A stretch of 64,000 nucleotides of DNA from Synechococcus sp. (GCA_051439425.1 JBFRWD010000102.1:9859-73858); one strand, 5' to 3'. Shown: positions 10,570-21,569, counted from the first letter of the stretch. Program-made: numbers and translations. The notes: generated by a model not told the origin, from the letters alone.

Positions 10570-11412
10570 CTATAGGAACCGTGTTAACTCAACTCGATAG
10601 CGACCTTTTTTCGTCGTACTGATAGAACCCACTTGAACTCGTCCACGACCTCGAATCGCAATGAGATCGCCAGAATTCACCGGACGGCTAGCTTGAGTAA
10701 TTGTTTTCCAGTTAACTTTGACTTCTCCAGAACTGATATCCCCAGCCATTCGACTGCGAGACGAGCTAAATCCAGCAGAAGCGATCGCATCCAGGCGCAT
10801 AGAAGCTTCTACAGTCGTCAAGGTCTTCGTTCTGGGAGGACGTACCCGAAGTTCCGATAGATCGATGGATTTGGCCTTAACGGGGACAGATCTGACTTGA
10901 GTCAAATTCATCTCAAGATGAGGAACAAGCTGTGGTTCTACTAAAAACTGTGCCCCTTGCTCCCCCAACAGCAGGATGTCACCCACTTTCTCTCTCACAA
11001 TGCCAGTGCCCAATATGGCCCCGAGAAAATCTCGATGGGTAGCCGTATCGAACAAGAAGTTGCCTCGAATATCCATAGCAGCCAGATCGACCGCCGACTT
11101 AGCCAAAGCATGAGGATCGCTAGGGTCTGGGTCGATCAGAAGGCTGGGACGAGCAATTGCCAAGCGTTGCCGTTCTGCCTGAGGGAAGCCCCCCCACGGC
11201 ACAAGCTCAACTTCAGTCAGCGGCTGCAACAGTAGGAGTGCCTCAGCCACCTCTGGGGGAGAAAGGAAATCAGAACAAACGATTTCCCAGCTCTTCAATG
11301 CTTGCTCGGCTAAATCAATAACACGAGCAATGGCTGCACGGTTTTCAACCTTAGCTAGCAATTCAGCTCGCGGTAGCAACCCACTACTAGTGTCGAATGT
11401 TTTCACAGTCAT
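10570..11412 (-). CDS. Photosystem II S4-domain protein (Sll1252/YlmH-like)
   Basis: SDFLSPPE, GGFPQAERQR, GNFLFDTATHRDFLGAILGTGI; C-terminal S4 domain (SMRLDAIASAGF). Confidence 0.92.
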   Translation of the reverse strand: MTVKTFDTSSGLLPRAELLAKVENRAAIARVIDLAEQALKSWEIVCSDFLSPPEVAEALLLLQPLTEVELVPWGGFPQAERQRLAIARPSLLIDPDPSDPHALAKSAVDLAAMDIRGNFLFDTATHRDFLGAILGTGIVREKVGDILLLGEQGAQFLVEPQLVPHLEMNLTQVRSVPVKAKSIDLSELRVRPPRTKTLTTVEASMRLDAIASAGFSSSRSRMAGDISSGEVKVNWKTITQASRPVNSGDLIAIRGRGRVQVGSISTTKKGRYRVELTRFL

Positions 11413-11693
11413 GCGGCTCAGAAACTCGTACTGGATGCCGAGGTGTTACCTAACGGATTTCAGTAGCAACTCATCTTGTTTGGCGATGTGCTCCCCATTG
11501 TAAAGACAAGGCAGCGTAACGCCACTGAGCAATTGAGTACCCTTACTTATTCGACTCGGATTCCCTACCCGGCATCCAGCGTCCTAACTGTCGAGGAATC
11601 CAGTCCGAATGGCTATTCATCAACACAACGTTTGCCGCACAATGTTCAACCCGTGCCTTCACATGTGGAGCGTATGCACAAGTTCGCGTCTCG

Positions 11694-13037
11694 CTAACCT
11701 GCCGTTTGGATACGCCGGTTGAGTACTTCTAAGGCTTGGATGAATTGAGGATCGCTATCTTCTCCGAGCTCAGATCGCTTCAAAACGCGATCGCCAGTCA
11801 GCCCAACAACGTAATCCGGCTCAATCCCCAACTTGTTGATGTCGCGCCCGCTTGGAGTCGCATATTTCGCAATTGTGACCGCGAGTCCAGCACCATCAGG
11901 CATATCTACCAATGACTGGATTAACCCTTTGCCAAAAGTGCGTGTCCCCACTAAGACGGCACGATCGCTATCTTGCAATGCCCCAGCGAGCACTTCCGAG
12001 GCACTGGCGGTTCCCTTATTTACCAACACAACTAACGGTTTATCGGTCAAGGTTGTCGAAGTTGCATCAGCACTGTCACTAATCCCGTTGCGGTCGATGG
12101 TAAACACAATTGGGCCACGATCGATCCACATTTGGGCGACTTCAATCCCTGCCTTTAATAAACCGCCGGGGTTTCCTCTCAGGTCAAGGATATAGCCTGC
12201 AACAGACTTGGCTTCAGCAGCCTGAATCGCCGCACGCATCTCACTGACAGCATTGCCATTAAATTGATTGAGCCGGATATAAGCAACGGAACGATCACCC
12301 GCTGCACGCGTCCGAATCTTAGTACGAATGGGATTGATTTCAATCGACTCTCGCTTCAGCTGAACCTCAAAATCGTGCTCGTCTCGCCGCAAGCTCAGAT
12401 ATACAGTTGTGTCAGTCATCCCTCTCAGGTGATTGGCAACCTCATCTAACGTCCAATCGTCAATCTCGACACCGTCGATTGCCAACAACACATCATCTGG
12501 TTGCAAACCAGCGCGATCGGCGGGAGTCCCTTCCAGTGGAGAAATCACGCGAATGTGACCATCCTCGTCAAGTGCAATCTGCAAACCGACGCCATTCAGC
12601 TCTCCAGCAGTAGATGTTTGTAAACTGCGATAGTTGGCTGGAGGCAAAAAACGGGTGAATGGATCGTCAAGTGTGGAGAGCATCGTACCGATTTCTGCGT
12701 AGGCCTCTTCAGGGGAAGCCATCGGGTGACGGATAAACTCCTGCCGCACTTTCCACCAGTCTTGGCCATTAAACGTGGGATCGACATAGGAGCGATCGAT
12801 CGTTGTCCATACTTGTGCCAGCAGTTTCTGCTCAGCCCCCCATCCCGCGCGCGGCTGACACGCGGCCAAGCTCCAGCAAGCCACTAGTACGAGTAAGCCA
12901 GTTGCATAACGCTTGAAGGCGATCGCATTGCCACTGCGAGCCTGGAAAACCCTGCCAAAGCAAGAGAGCAACGATTGACTCACCCCGCCCTTCTGTAGCT
13001 GGCGCATCATATATGTAAATAAGAGCTTCATAAACAA
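11694..13037 (-). CDS. ctpA: Carboxyl-terminal processing protease (S41 family, PDZ domain)
   Basis: DLRGNPGG, TASASEVLAGALQD, TFGKGLIQS; divergent from petB as is common in cyanobacteria. True start is probably downstream of 13037. Confidence 0.88.
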   Translation of the reverse strand: MFMKLLFTYMMRQLQKGGVSQSLLSCFGRVFQARSGNAIAFKRYATGLLVLVACWSLAACQPRAGWGAEQKLLAQVWTTIDRSYVDPTFNGQDWWKVRQEFIRHPMASPEEAYAEIGTMLSTLDDPFTRFLPPANYRSLQTSTAGELNGVGLQIALDEDGHIRVISPLEGTPADRAGLQPDDVLLAIDGVEIDDWTLDEVANHLRGMTDTTVYLSLRRDEHDFEVQLKRESIEINPIRTKIRTRAAGDRSVAYIRLNQFNGNAVSEMRAAIQAAEAKSVAGYILDLRGNPGGLLKAGIEVAQMWIDRGPIVFTIDRNGISDSADATSTTLTDKPLVVLVNKGTASASEVLAGALQDSDRAVLVGTRTFGKGLIQSLVDMPDGAGLAVTIAKYATPSGRDINKLGIEPDYVVGLTGDRVLKRSELGEDSDPQFIQALEVLNRRIQTAG

Positions 13038-13175
13038 CTGCGAAGCAGCAACAACCGATCCACGACATTATTATCCGTGCTGGCAGGGAATTGCCACCAA
13101 TGGTTTCTACAAACAAGTCTCTAAATGCTTATCAATCGGGACCTTCAGGCCAATCTAAGCTCGCGACCTGGCCAC

Positions 13176-13193
13176 TTTACATAAGGCTACATT
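13176..13193 (+). promoter_or_regulatory. HLR1-like (RpaB) direct repeat in the ctpA/petB intergenic region
   Basis: TTTACATA-AG-GCTACATT, one mismatch to (G/T)TTACA(A/T)(A/T)-N2 repeat. Confidence 0.45.
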
Positions 13194-13259
13194 TTTGGCT
13201 GTCTGTGATACGCTGATTTCATGCCTGGAGAGGATTTGCACTTATAAGGTTTAAGTTTT

Positions 13260-13907
13260 ATGGCGAAGGTTTATGACTGGTTGGACGAGCGGCTAGAGCT
13301 GACCCCCTTTGTGGATGACGCTACTGGTAAGTTTATTCCCCCGCACGTCAACATTTTTTATTGCTTAGGTGGCGTCACGCTGGTTTGCTTCATTATTCAG
13401 TTTGCAACCGGTTTCGCGATGACCTTCTATTACAAGCCCACAGTGGCAGAAGCATTTAACTCGGTTAACTTCATCATGACCCAGGTCAACTTTGGTTGGC
13501 TGATTCGCTCTATCCATCGCTGGAGTGCGTCAATGATGGTGTTGGTCATGATCTTGCACGTCTTTCGTGTGTACCTAACTGGTGGCTTTAAAAAGCCTCG
13601 CGAGTTGACCTGGGTAACCGGTGTTTTACTTGCGGTTATCACCGTTTCCTTCGGAGTTACCGGCTACTCTCTCCCCTGGGACCAGGTTGGTTACTGGGCT
13701 GTGAAGATTGTGTCCGGTGTTCCTAGTGCGATTCCTGTTGTCGGTGGCACACTTGTTGAGCTGATCCGCGGTAGCGAGAGTGTTGGACAAGCAACCCTGA
13801 CCCGCTTCTACAGCTTGCACACGTTTGTTTTGCCTTGGTTAATTGCAGTCTTCATGCTGATGCACTTCCTTATGATCCGTAAACAAGGTATTTCTGGCCC
13901 CTTGTAA
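13260..13907 (+). CDS. petB: Cytochrome b6
   Basis: [24 protein letters not shown] and [11 protein letters not shown]. Confidence 0.99.
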   Translation: MAKVYDWLDERLELTPFVDDATGKFIPPHVNIFYCLGGVTLVCFIIQFATGFAMTFYYKPTVAEAFNSVNFIMTQVNFGWLIRSIHRWSASMMVLVMILHVFRVYLTGGFKKPRELTWVTGVLLAVITVSFGVTGYSLPWDQVGYWAVKIVSGVPSAIPVVGGTLVELIRGSESVGQATLTRFYSLHTFVLPWLIAVFMLMHFLMIRKQGISGPL

Positions 13908-13920
13908 ATTCCTCGGATTG

Positions 13921-13956
13921 AAGCGGTAGGGCTATGATGAGTCATACCGCTTTTTT
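13921..13956 (+). terminator. Hairpin with U-tail between petB and petD
   Basis: AAGCGGTA-GGGCT...AGTC-A-TACCGCTT followed by TTTT. Confidence 0.5.
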
Positions 13957-13992
13957 CTGCATTTTTATTTCGCACCTGTAGAGAGTTTTGCT

Positions 13993-14475
13993 ATGCCAGT
14001 TATTAGAAAAGTCGATCTGGACAACCCCAAGGTTCGCGCCAAGCTTGAAAAAAACATGGGCCACATGACCTATGGTGAGCCTGCTTGGCCGAACGACTTA
14101 CTGTTCATGTTCCCGGTCGTAATTTTGGGAACCATCGCAATGGTTGTAGCGTTTGCTGTCATGGAGCCTGCTGGTGTGGGTGAAGCAGCCGACCCATTTG
14201 CTACTCCACTAGAAATCTTGCCTGAGTGGTATCTGTACCCTGCATTCCAGCTTCTGCGTATTGCACCAAACAAGTTGCTGGGTATTGCTCTGATGAGTGC
14301 TATTCCTGCGGGACTTCTGTTCGTTCCTTTCATCGAGAACGTCAACAAGTTTCAGAACCCCCTGCGCCGCCCCGTGGCTACTGCAGTGTTTTTGTTTGGT
14401 ACTCTGTTCACCCTATACATGGGCATCGGTGCCACCCTACCTCTAGACAAGTCTTTGTCTCTGGGTTTGTTCTAG
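13993..14475 (+). CDS. petD: Cytochrome b6f subunit IV
   Basis: [22 protein letters not shown] and NKFQNP.RRPVA. Confidence 0.99.
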   Translation: MPVIRKVDLDNPKVRAKLEKNMGHMTYGEPAWPNDLLFMFPVVILGTIAMVVAFAVMEPAGVGEAADPFATPLEILPEWYLYPAFQLLRIAPNKLLGIALMSAIPAGLLFVPFIENVNKFQNPLRRPVATAVFLFGTLFTLYMGIGATLPLDKSLSLGLF

Positions 14476-14498
14476 AACGACTAATGGTTTTAGTCTTC

Positions 14499-14522
14499 AG
14501 GAGCCCTAGGGCTCCTTTTTTT
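14499..14522 (+). terminator. Intrinsic terminator after petD
   Basis: AGGAGCCC-TA-GGGCTCCT followed by a T run. Confidence 0.8.
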
Positions 14523-14655
14523 GTAGCCATGAATATCGCCGACTCTTAATTGGACGTCTAGCCATTGTCACGGGACAGCATGGCCTTGACGCTGCTTACA
14601 ATATCCGAGCGGCTAGCGATCTCTACGTCGAATCGCACGCATAGTGGTAAGTCAA

Positions 14656-15111
14656 CTATGCTAAAGCAACCGTCTGGTTGAAAAAATCCATCAGTTGGCG
14701 ATTGTGATCGTGGGCCAAATCTTGCATGGCAATATCCTCCGGAGCAAAATCGCGCACAGTGACAATTTCTGCCGTATCGTAGACCCGAAATTGACCGCTA
14801 ACCTCCACAGAAACAGCGATGCATACCGAATGCATGCGCGGATCGCGTCCCAAGCTTGAGTACACTCCCACCAGTTGGGGGTCACCCACAATATCCAATC
14901 CCGTTTCCTCGTGGAGTTCTCGCCGGGCTGCAGTGGCTATATCTTCTCCCCAATCCACCAAGCCACCAGGTAATGCCCATTGACGCGTATCTCTCCGCTG
15001 CACCAGCACAATTCGTCCGTTTGGCAAGACAGGAATGATCGTCGTACCCGGTAATGGTCGTCGCAGAAGCACCCCCAACAAAGTACGGCCGATCCGCCAT
15101 AGCTGTGACAT
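14656..15111 (-). CDS. NUDIX hydrolase
   Basis: Nudix box GGLVDWGEDIATAARRELHEETGL; RDPR motif. Confidence 0.92.
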   Translation of the reverse strand: MSQLWRIGRTLLGVLLRRPLPGTTIIPVLPNGRIVLVQRRDTRQWALPGGLVDWGEDIATAARRELHEETGLDIVGDPQLVGVYSSLGRDPRMHSVCIAVSVEVSGQFRVYDTAEIVTVRDFAPEDIAMQDLAHDHNRQLMDFFNQTVALA

Positions 15112-15306
15112 CGATTCTTCAACGAGAGACAACATCAGGTGAGTCATAGCTTCCATCGCCCGAGAAAGGATAGCCCGAGCAACAAGAAAACTGACATCGC
15201 GAGCCTAGCATCGACCGACACAGGCAAATACTGCGAAGGTACATTGGTACGTTATTTTGAACATTAGAAACTGCTACTAGTAAGACAGTTTGGGAGATGT
15301 AGACCT

Positions 15307-16530
15307 CTGTTTGACGCTGTTGTTATCGGTTCTGGGCCTGCTGGATTGGCAATTGCAGCCGCATTGTGCGATCGCAAGCTTTCAGTCGCAGCCATCGCTC
15401 CACAAGCTGCCACCATCCCTTGGGAAAACACCTACGGTATTTGGCGCGATGAGCTAGAAGCACTGAACCTTACGCACCTCTTAAGTCATAGCTGGACTAA
15501 CTGCGTCTCGTACTTTGGCAGCACACCAACCCAGCATCCTCGGGCATACGGGCTGTTTGATAAACAGAAATTGCAAACCTATTTGCTAGAACGTGCCAGG
15601 TCGGTCACCTGGTTCACCGACACAGTGTTCGGAATCGAGCACGGCCCCCGCATGTCGAAAATCGCCACAGAAACAGGTCAAACTATTGCAGCCAGAGTGG
15701 CGATCGATGCTAGCGGTCACCAACCCGCCATTATTCAGCGGGCCGTCAAGCACAACATTGCCTATCAAACGGCTTACGGGATAGTCGGTAAATTTTCCAA
15801 GCCTCCGATCGCCCCCGAACAATTTGTGCTGATGGACTATCGAAACAACCATCTGACGGATAACGACCGCCGCCTGCCCCCTACTTTCTTGTACGCGATG
15901 GACTTAGGGAAAGACGTCTACTTTGTGGAAGAAACCTCCCTCGCCTTCAGTCCAGCTATCTCGTTTGACACTCTTGAGCTACGCCTGCACAAGCGACTGG
16001 CTGACAACGGGGTTACAGTCACTGACGTTCACCACGTCGAGCGCTGTATCTTTCCCATGAATCTACCATTGCCGGACTTGTCTCAACCAGTCGTGGGCTT
16101 TGGGGGTGCAGCCAGTATGGTGCATCCAGCATCAGGGTATATGGTGGGTGCACTGTTACGCCGCGCTCCGGAGCTAGCAGACGCCATCACAGAAGCATTG
16201 CAAGACACCCGTCGCGCACCAGCGGAGATTGCCCGAGCAGGCTGGGAAGGATTGTGGTCTCGCGATCGCCTGCGAAAGTACTACCTGTATTTATTCGGTT
16301 TGGAGGCCCTAATTGGATTTGAAACCGAGCGTCTCAACCATCACTTCCAGACGTTTTTCAGCTTGCCTCAGTCTGACTGGTCTGGATTCTTAAGCGATAC
16401 GCTATCAACTCCTGAGTTAGTAAGGGCCATGTTAGGGCTATTTGGACGCGCTCCCAATGATGTGCGTTGGGGACTGATGCGCTCGGTACGCGGCTCGGGG
16501 TCTCTGCTATGGCGTTCCCTTGCGGCTTGA
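15307..16530 (+). CDS. crtL: Lycopene cyclase, CrtL type (probable CTG start)
   Basis: In-frame (L/M)FDAVVIGSGPAGL FAD-binding motif upstream of the track start; NTYGIW.DE, MDYR, TFLYAM, FVEETSL and HPASGY motifs. Confidence 0.9.
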   Translation: MFDAVVIGSGPAGLAIAAALCDRKLSVAAIAPQAATIPWENTYGIWRDELEALNLTHLLSHSWTNCVSYFGSTPTQHPRAYGLFDKQKLQTYLLERARSVTWFTDTVFGIEHGPRMSKIATETGQTIAARVAIDASGHQPAIIQRAVKHNIAYQTAYGIVGKFSKPPIAPEQFVLMDYRNNHLTDNDRRLPPTFLYAMDLGKDVYFVEETSLAFSPAISFDTLELRLHKRLADNGVTVTDVHHVERCIFPMNLPLPDLSQPVVGFGGAASMVHPASGYMVGALLRRAPELADAITEALQDTRRAPAEIARAGWEGLWSRDRLRKYYLYLFGLEALIGFETERLNHHFQTFFSLPQSDWSGFLSDTLSTPELVRAMLGLFGRAPNDVRWGLMRSVRGSGSLLWRSLAA

Positions 16531-16999
16531 CAACCCGTTTGCCTGGGGGGCAGAAGACTCCATCACCAGGTGATTTCACGCTTGGAAATGTCTGTCAGAT
16601 ATCTTTGCCGGAATACAATTCAACCAGACGGGCACATTCAGAATGCACAGACATCCTGAAGCCGCGCCGCTATGTAAGTGCAGCCAACCATCAATCTCAA
16701 TGACCTGTCCTATGCTGCCAAGTTATCCGCACACTGGTAAACAACTGTCCGGCACAATCACAGCTCATCAGAAATCGATATTCTAGAGACTGGCACTTAA
16801 ATGCCAAAATCGTCACAGTCTGAAGCAAGCGACTGCAATCTCCCCACCTGCTCCAAGACGATCGCTGTATTCACAAGTTCAATCTGCAGTTGGCAGTATC
16901 ATTGCACAACCCAAAAACAGAGAAGGACAACGCAGCACACACACGAGCTCGCATAGTAGCCATGCACAGCCCAGCCAGAAGAACTTCAGGAGATGCATT

Positions 17000-18181
17000 G
17001 TGGCTGTAACATCCACGCCGTTACCCTCCTCATCCAAACTAGGCTGGTGGAAGCTTGGATTGCTCGATCGCTACATGCTGTTCCAAATGCTCGTGCCCTT
17101 CCTGTTTGGAGTGGCAGCATTCACAGGTGTCGGAACCACGATCGATTCCCTCTTTGAAATCATTCGCTTGGTGGGAGACGGTCTACCACTACTGGTGGGT
17201 CTCCAACTTTACATCCTGGGGGCTCCGAAGATTATTGTGCTGACATTTCCAATGTCAGTGCTGTTAGCGACCTTGTTAACCTACAATCGCATGTCCTCCG
17301 ATAGCGAAATTGTAGCGTTGCGCAGTTGTGGCGTTAGCCCTCTGAGACTAATGTTGCCAGCCCTACTCTTAAGCCTGATTGTTACCAGCCTGACATTTGT
17401 GTTCAATGAGGCGATTGTGCCTCGCAGCAGTACTTACGTCGATCGCATGGTGGAACAAGTTTTTGGAGATCATGCCAGTATTCGCAACAACAACATTCTG
17501 TACCAGGAATTAGGGAATAACATCAATGCACCCAGTCATCCCAATCCCAACGAAGAGCGCGATCGCAAACTCAACCGATTATTCTTTGCCCGCCGGTTTG
17601 ACGGTGAAACCATGACAGGGATTACCCTGCTGGACTTTACGGGGGAAGAGCGGCGCATCCTTGTGGCTCAGCAAGGAATCTGGTTAGGTGAGGACGAAGG
17701 ATGGGAATTTACCAACGGAACCTCCTACATCCTGAACGATGATGGTTCGTATCAAACCGTCGCTCCCTTTCAAGCAATGGTGGTCGATTTGCCCCGCTCC
17801 CCAATCGACTCTAGCGTCGTTCAAGATTCCGAGAGCATGAATATCCCGCAACTGCAGAATTACATTCGGTTACAGGAACGAGCGGGGCAACGGGACAAGG
17901 TTCGCAGTTTACGAATGGATTTAGCTCTCAAATACGCCATTCCGTTTGCTTGTATAGCGTTTGGGTTAATTGGTGCTCCATTGGGAATGCGGTTGCAACG
18001 AACGAGCGGAGCCCTAGGGTTCAGCCTTAGTATTCTGCTAATCTTTCTCTACTACGTTTTGCTATCAGTGGCTCAAGGACTGGGGCAAACCGGACTCAAC
18101 CCGACTGTGGCGGCCTGGATGCCGAACGCCATGGGTTGGGGAGCGGCTGCGCTCCTATTATGGCGTTCGGCAAAAGCGTAA
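17000..18181 (+). CDS. LptF/LptG family LPS export permease
   Basis: LDRY..., PMSVLLATLL.Y.R.SSDSEI.ALRSCGVS, AAWMPN; 3+3 TM helices. Confidence 0.92.
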   Translation: MAVTSTPLPSSSKLGWWKLGLLDRYMLFQMLVPFLFGVAAFTGVGTTIDSLFEIIRLVGDGLPLLVGLQLYILGAPKIIVLTFPMSVLLATLLTYNRMSSDSEIVALRSCGVSPLRLMLPALLLSLIVTSLTFVFNEAIVPRSSTYVDRMVEQVFGDHASIRNNNILYQELGNNINAPSHPNPNEERDRKLNRLFFARRFDGETMTGITLLDFTGEERRILVAQQGIWLGEDEGWEFTNGTSYILNDDGSYQTVAPFQAMVVDLPRSPIDSSVVQDSESMNIPQLQNYIRLQERAGQRDKVRSLRMDLALKYAIPFACIAFGLIGAPLGMRLQRTSGALGFSLSILLIFLYYVLLSVAQGLGQTGLNPTVAAWMPNAMGWGAAALLLWRSAKA

Positions 18182-18523
18182 GTTCGAGCGGCAGAGACTG
18201 AATGCAGACTGACAAGCCAAAAAGGGTAAAAGCCCCATAGCTTCTCTCGCACGCATGAGTCTTATCCGAAAGCAACGGCAACTCTGTAACCATGAGCAGG
18301 CCTGTACAAACCTCCCATTAACGTCAGTTCGATAGAAGAAGATCGTCTAGAAGAGAGCAGGGAGTAGAGCCTGTAGTCCGTTGTATCGAAGGTCAAGGGA
18401 AGGCTTGGTGGGTAGATAGGCATAGGCGAATATCCCGAGAATTGAGCATATCTCCAAAATTAAGAATTCTGGGGGAGATCGCCATAGGGTAGGCTGTGAA
18501 CGTCATGTCTGGCTTCAGAATTT

Positions 18524-19441
18524 ATGAAGATTGCGATCGCAGGAGGAACTGGATTTGTGGGGCAGCGGCTGGTCGAGCTGCTGTTACAGGCCGGACATTC
18601 AGTTGCCGTCCTAACTCGCAATCCTGCTAACGCCCCGCTGAGTGCTGCAGACAAACTGGAGCTGATAGCTTACGACCCCTTTAGCGTTGAAAGTTGGGGT
18701 ACAGCATTGAGCGGCTGCGACGGAGTGGTGAATTTAGCAGGCGAACCACTGACGGAAAATCGATGGAGCGATCGCCAAAAAGACGAGATTTTACGCAGTC
18801 GAACCCGCACCACATCCATGATGGTGAAGGCGATCGAGGCTTTGGAGAGCAAGCCATCAGTGGTGGTGAGCGCATCGGCAGTCGGGTACTACGGCCCTCA
18901 TGGTGATGAAGAACTAGATGAGTCGGCAGCACCTGCTGACGATTTTTTGGCCCGCGTTTGCAAAGAGTGGGAAGCCGCCGCTCAGCCATTGGAAACTATG
19001 GGGGTTCGCCTCGTCCAAATCCGCATCGGCATCGTTCTTGGCAAAGACGGCGGAGCATTGGGAAAGATGCTGGCGGCATTCCAGATGTTTGTGGGGGGAC
19101 CCATTGGCTCCGGTAAGCAATGGTTATCGTGGATTCATCGGGATGACTTAGCAGGCTTGATTCTATATGCCCTGACAACCAACAGCGTGTCTGGGGTGTT
19201 GAACGGTACGGCACCCAACCCCGTCAAAATGTCCGAATTCAGCGACACACTGGGCAAAGTTCTCGCCCGTCCTTCATGGCTGCCAGTGCCCCCCATTGCT
19301 CTCGAAATCATTCTGGGAGAGGCAGCCCAAGTTGTACTCACAGGCCAGAGAGTCCTGCCGACACGAACGTTACAGCAGGGATACAGTTTCACCTATTCAC
19401 AATTGGAACCTGCGCTGCGAGAGATTCTGGTTGAGTCGTAA
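18524..19441 (+). CDS. TIGR01777-family NAD(P)-dependent oxidoreductase/epimerase (ThyD/YfcH-like)
   Basis: GGTGFVG, VNLAGEP, SASAVGYYG, GGPIGSGKQWLSWIH and NGTAPNPV. Confidence 0.92.
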   Translation: MKIAIAGGTGFVGQRLVELLLQAGHSVAVLTRNPANAPLSAADKLELIAYDPFSVESWGTALSGCDGVVNLAGEPLTENRWSDRQKDEILRSRTRTTSMMVKAIEALESKPSVVVSASAVGYYGPHGDEELDESAAPADDFLARVCKEWEAAAQPLETMGVRLVQIRIGIVLGKDGGALGKMLAAFQMFVGGPIGSGKQWLSWIHRDDLAGLILYALTTNSVSGVLNGTAPNPVKMSEFSDTLGKVLARPSWLPVPPIALEIILGEAAQVVLTGQRVLPTRTLQQGYSFTYSQLEPALREILVES

Positions 19442-19608
19442 CAGCACCGCTGTAGAACAGCTCAAAGGCTGAATTCTGCAGCGAGAAACAGCATGAAAAA
19501 CAATTGGGATTGGTGCTGGAGATCGAACTAATTGGCTGGCTAGCTTGATGGGAAGCCATTGGCAAGCGAGAATAACAACAGTCCCGTGCCCAGATTGAAC
19601 GAACCCCT

Positions 19609-20349
19609 GTGAACACTGTCCGTACTGTTTCCTCAACCAAAGCTGCCTTTCAGCAGGTCTACCAACGTCCGATTAATTCGGTTTACCGCCGATTTGTCGA
19701 AGAGTTTTTAACCGAACTGCATCTGGTAACGGTTAACAGCAAGTTCACCTACGATCCCTTCTTTGCCATGGGGATGGTCAAGGTTTACGAGCAGTTTATG
19801 CAGGGATACGCCCCCACCGATCAAGCACAGCCAATTTTCCATGCAATCTGCCAATCACTGCAGTTTAAGCCTGAGGTGATCCGTCAAGATGCTGACAAGC
19901 TAACCGAGATTTTGTCCACCGCCGATCGCGAGCGTGCCCTGGAAGTTCTGCAGCTAAATGCCACTACTGCAGATATCGGCGGAATCAAAGGCATTTTGGA
20001 CAAAATCCGCACCAACCCAGACTTCCACTACAGCCGCACCTTCCTCCTAGGCTTGTATATTGCATTCACAATGGTGGCTCCGGAGAATGCGGACAAGGAG
20101 CGCAAAGCCCAGCTATTTAGCGATATTACCGAAGCCCTCAAATTCCCAAAAGAGCGTGTAGACAAAGATCTCGATCTGTACAACTCTAATATCGAGAAGT
20201 TGGAGCAAGCGCTCGCTGTCATGAAAGATTTAGCTGAAGCAGCACAGCGCGACCGCGAGAAAGCAGCCGCTCCCCCTGCAGCGGAGACCACGAGCGAAGC
20301 CGCCACTAATACGGGTTCAGAGGAAACCACCCCAACTACTGTTGAGTAG
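19609..20349 (+). CDS. psb29: Photosystem II biogenesis protein Psb29/Thf1
   Basis: RTVSSTK.AF...RPINSVYRR..EE.L.ELHL, FHYSR and KDLDLY motifs. Confidence 0.93.
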   Translation: MNTVRTVSSTKAAFQQVYQRPINSVYRRFVEEFLTELHLVTVNSKFTYDPFFAMGMVKVYEQFMQGYAPTDQAQPIFHAICQSLQFKPEVIRQDADKLTEILSTADRERALEVLQLNATTADIGGIKGILDKIRTNPDFHYSRTFLLGLYIAFTMVAPENADKERKAQLFSDITEALKFPKERVDKDLDLYNSNIEKLEQALAVMKDLAEAAQRDREKAAAPPAAETTSEAATNTGSEETTPTTVE

Positions 20350-20414
20350 CTAATTCTTTTACAGTCCTGAATTCATCCGGCCTACCAGCCCGATCGCAAC
20401 AAACTATTGTCCTG

Positions 20415-20684
20415 GTGTTTACTATGGTTGCCTTTCTAGAGCTTTTGTGGACTGTGTCCGCTGTTTTGATGATTGTCTTAGTCCTGCTTCACAGCCCCAA
20501 AGGTGACGGAATTGCGGCAATCGGCGGCCAAGCACAGTTGTTCTCGAGCACGAAAAGCGCAGAGCAAAGTTTGAACCGCGTCACGTGGATCGTTCTGGCA
20601 GTGTTTTTAGCACTGAGCATAGTACTGGCCCTAGGTATCTTTGGCCCTACCGCACAGCTAGGCCTGAAGAGTTTAATCGGCTAA
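20415..20684 (+). CDS. secG: Preprotein translocase subunit SecG
   Basis: LVLLHSPKGDG..IGGQAQLFSSTKSAE..LNR.TW. Confidence 0.95.
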   Translation: MFTMVAFLELLWTVSAVLMIVLVLLHSPKGDGIAAIGGQAQLFSSTKSAEQSLNRVTWIVLAVFLALSIVLALGIFGPTAQLGLKSLIG

Positions 20685-20773
20685 TTCTCCGACCGACGAC
20701 CGCTCGAGAGGCTATTCAGTTCTTGAGTAGCTTCTCGAGCGGTCGTTGTTTCAATCTAGACGATGAACTCAGT

Positions 20774-21319
20774 TCATCCTTTTAGGTCGAGTAAACCTTT
20801 CTCCTTCAATTTGGGATGAAACCTTAGCGGCTCTTGAACGTTGCGCTTTGCCAACACAGCTAATATTTCAGCTTCCACACGGCGAGCGACTTGCTTCAGA
20901 GCTTTGGTACGCGATCGCTCATCTAACTCGGAAGAGGCTAACTCCGTTTTCTCGTCATCGGTCATCTGCAGCGTGGCATCAACCGGCGAATCCCAATCAG
21001 AAGCCGATTCGTTTCCAGGAGGCGTCGAACCATTGTTTTCAATCCAAGCCTGACAAATGCCGTCTAAGACTGTGCGACTGGGGCGACCGATCGCCTGCAC
21101 CTTGACCCAATGACACAGAGCAGGTTTACGGACTAGGTGCAATCGCAAGCTTGACAGGACATCGCGAGAATAACCGACGTACTGTAACTGGCGATCGCCA
21201 TCAAAAATCGCATAGGCCCCCACCATTGCTGACAGCTCCCGCGGGAGAAGTCCTTCGGCATTAATGAATGGGAGGTACTGTAGGTCTGCCAAAGCGGCTG
21301 GAGCAACTGTAGTTGACAT
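20774..21319 (-). CDS. GIY-YIG domain protein (cyanobacterial conserved)
   Basis: GAYAIFD...LQYVGYSRDV..SL..HL.R.P motif. Confidence 0.8.
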   Translation of the reverse strand: MSTTVAPAALADLQYLPFINAEGLLPRELSAMVGAYAIFDGDRQLQYVGYSRDVLSSLRLHLVRKPALCHWVKVQAIGRPSRTVLDGICQAWIENNGSTPPGNESASDWDSPVDATLQMTDDEKTELASSELDERSRTKALKQVARRVEAEILAVLAKRNVQEPLRFHPKLKEKGLLDLKG

Positions 21320-21569
21320 TTGAGATTGACAGAATTCACGGCATCCCAACCTAGCATCCAGAATTGAGCCAGCAGCTTAACACCCTAGGAATGACACCGA
21401 ACTTGAATTTACCGTTGCATTACTTTATTCAGACAGCAGCCATCCAAATAGCAACGTTTCTGGAACCTTGCACGCACGAGGAGAAATACCTAAACCTTCT
21501 AAGCCCTTCAGTTTGTTTATCGTAGTGGAGCGATCTCGCATTACAAATGCCTTGCAAATGAAAGACAGC

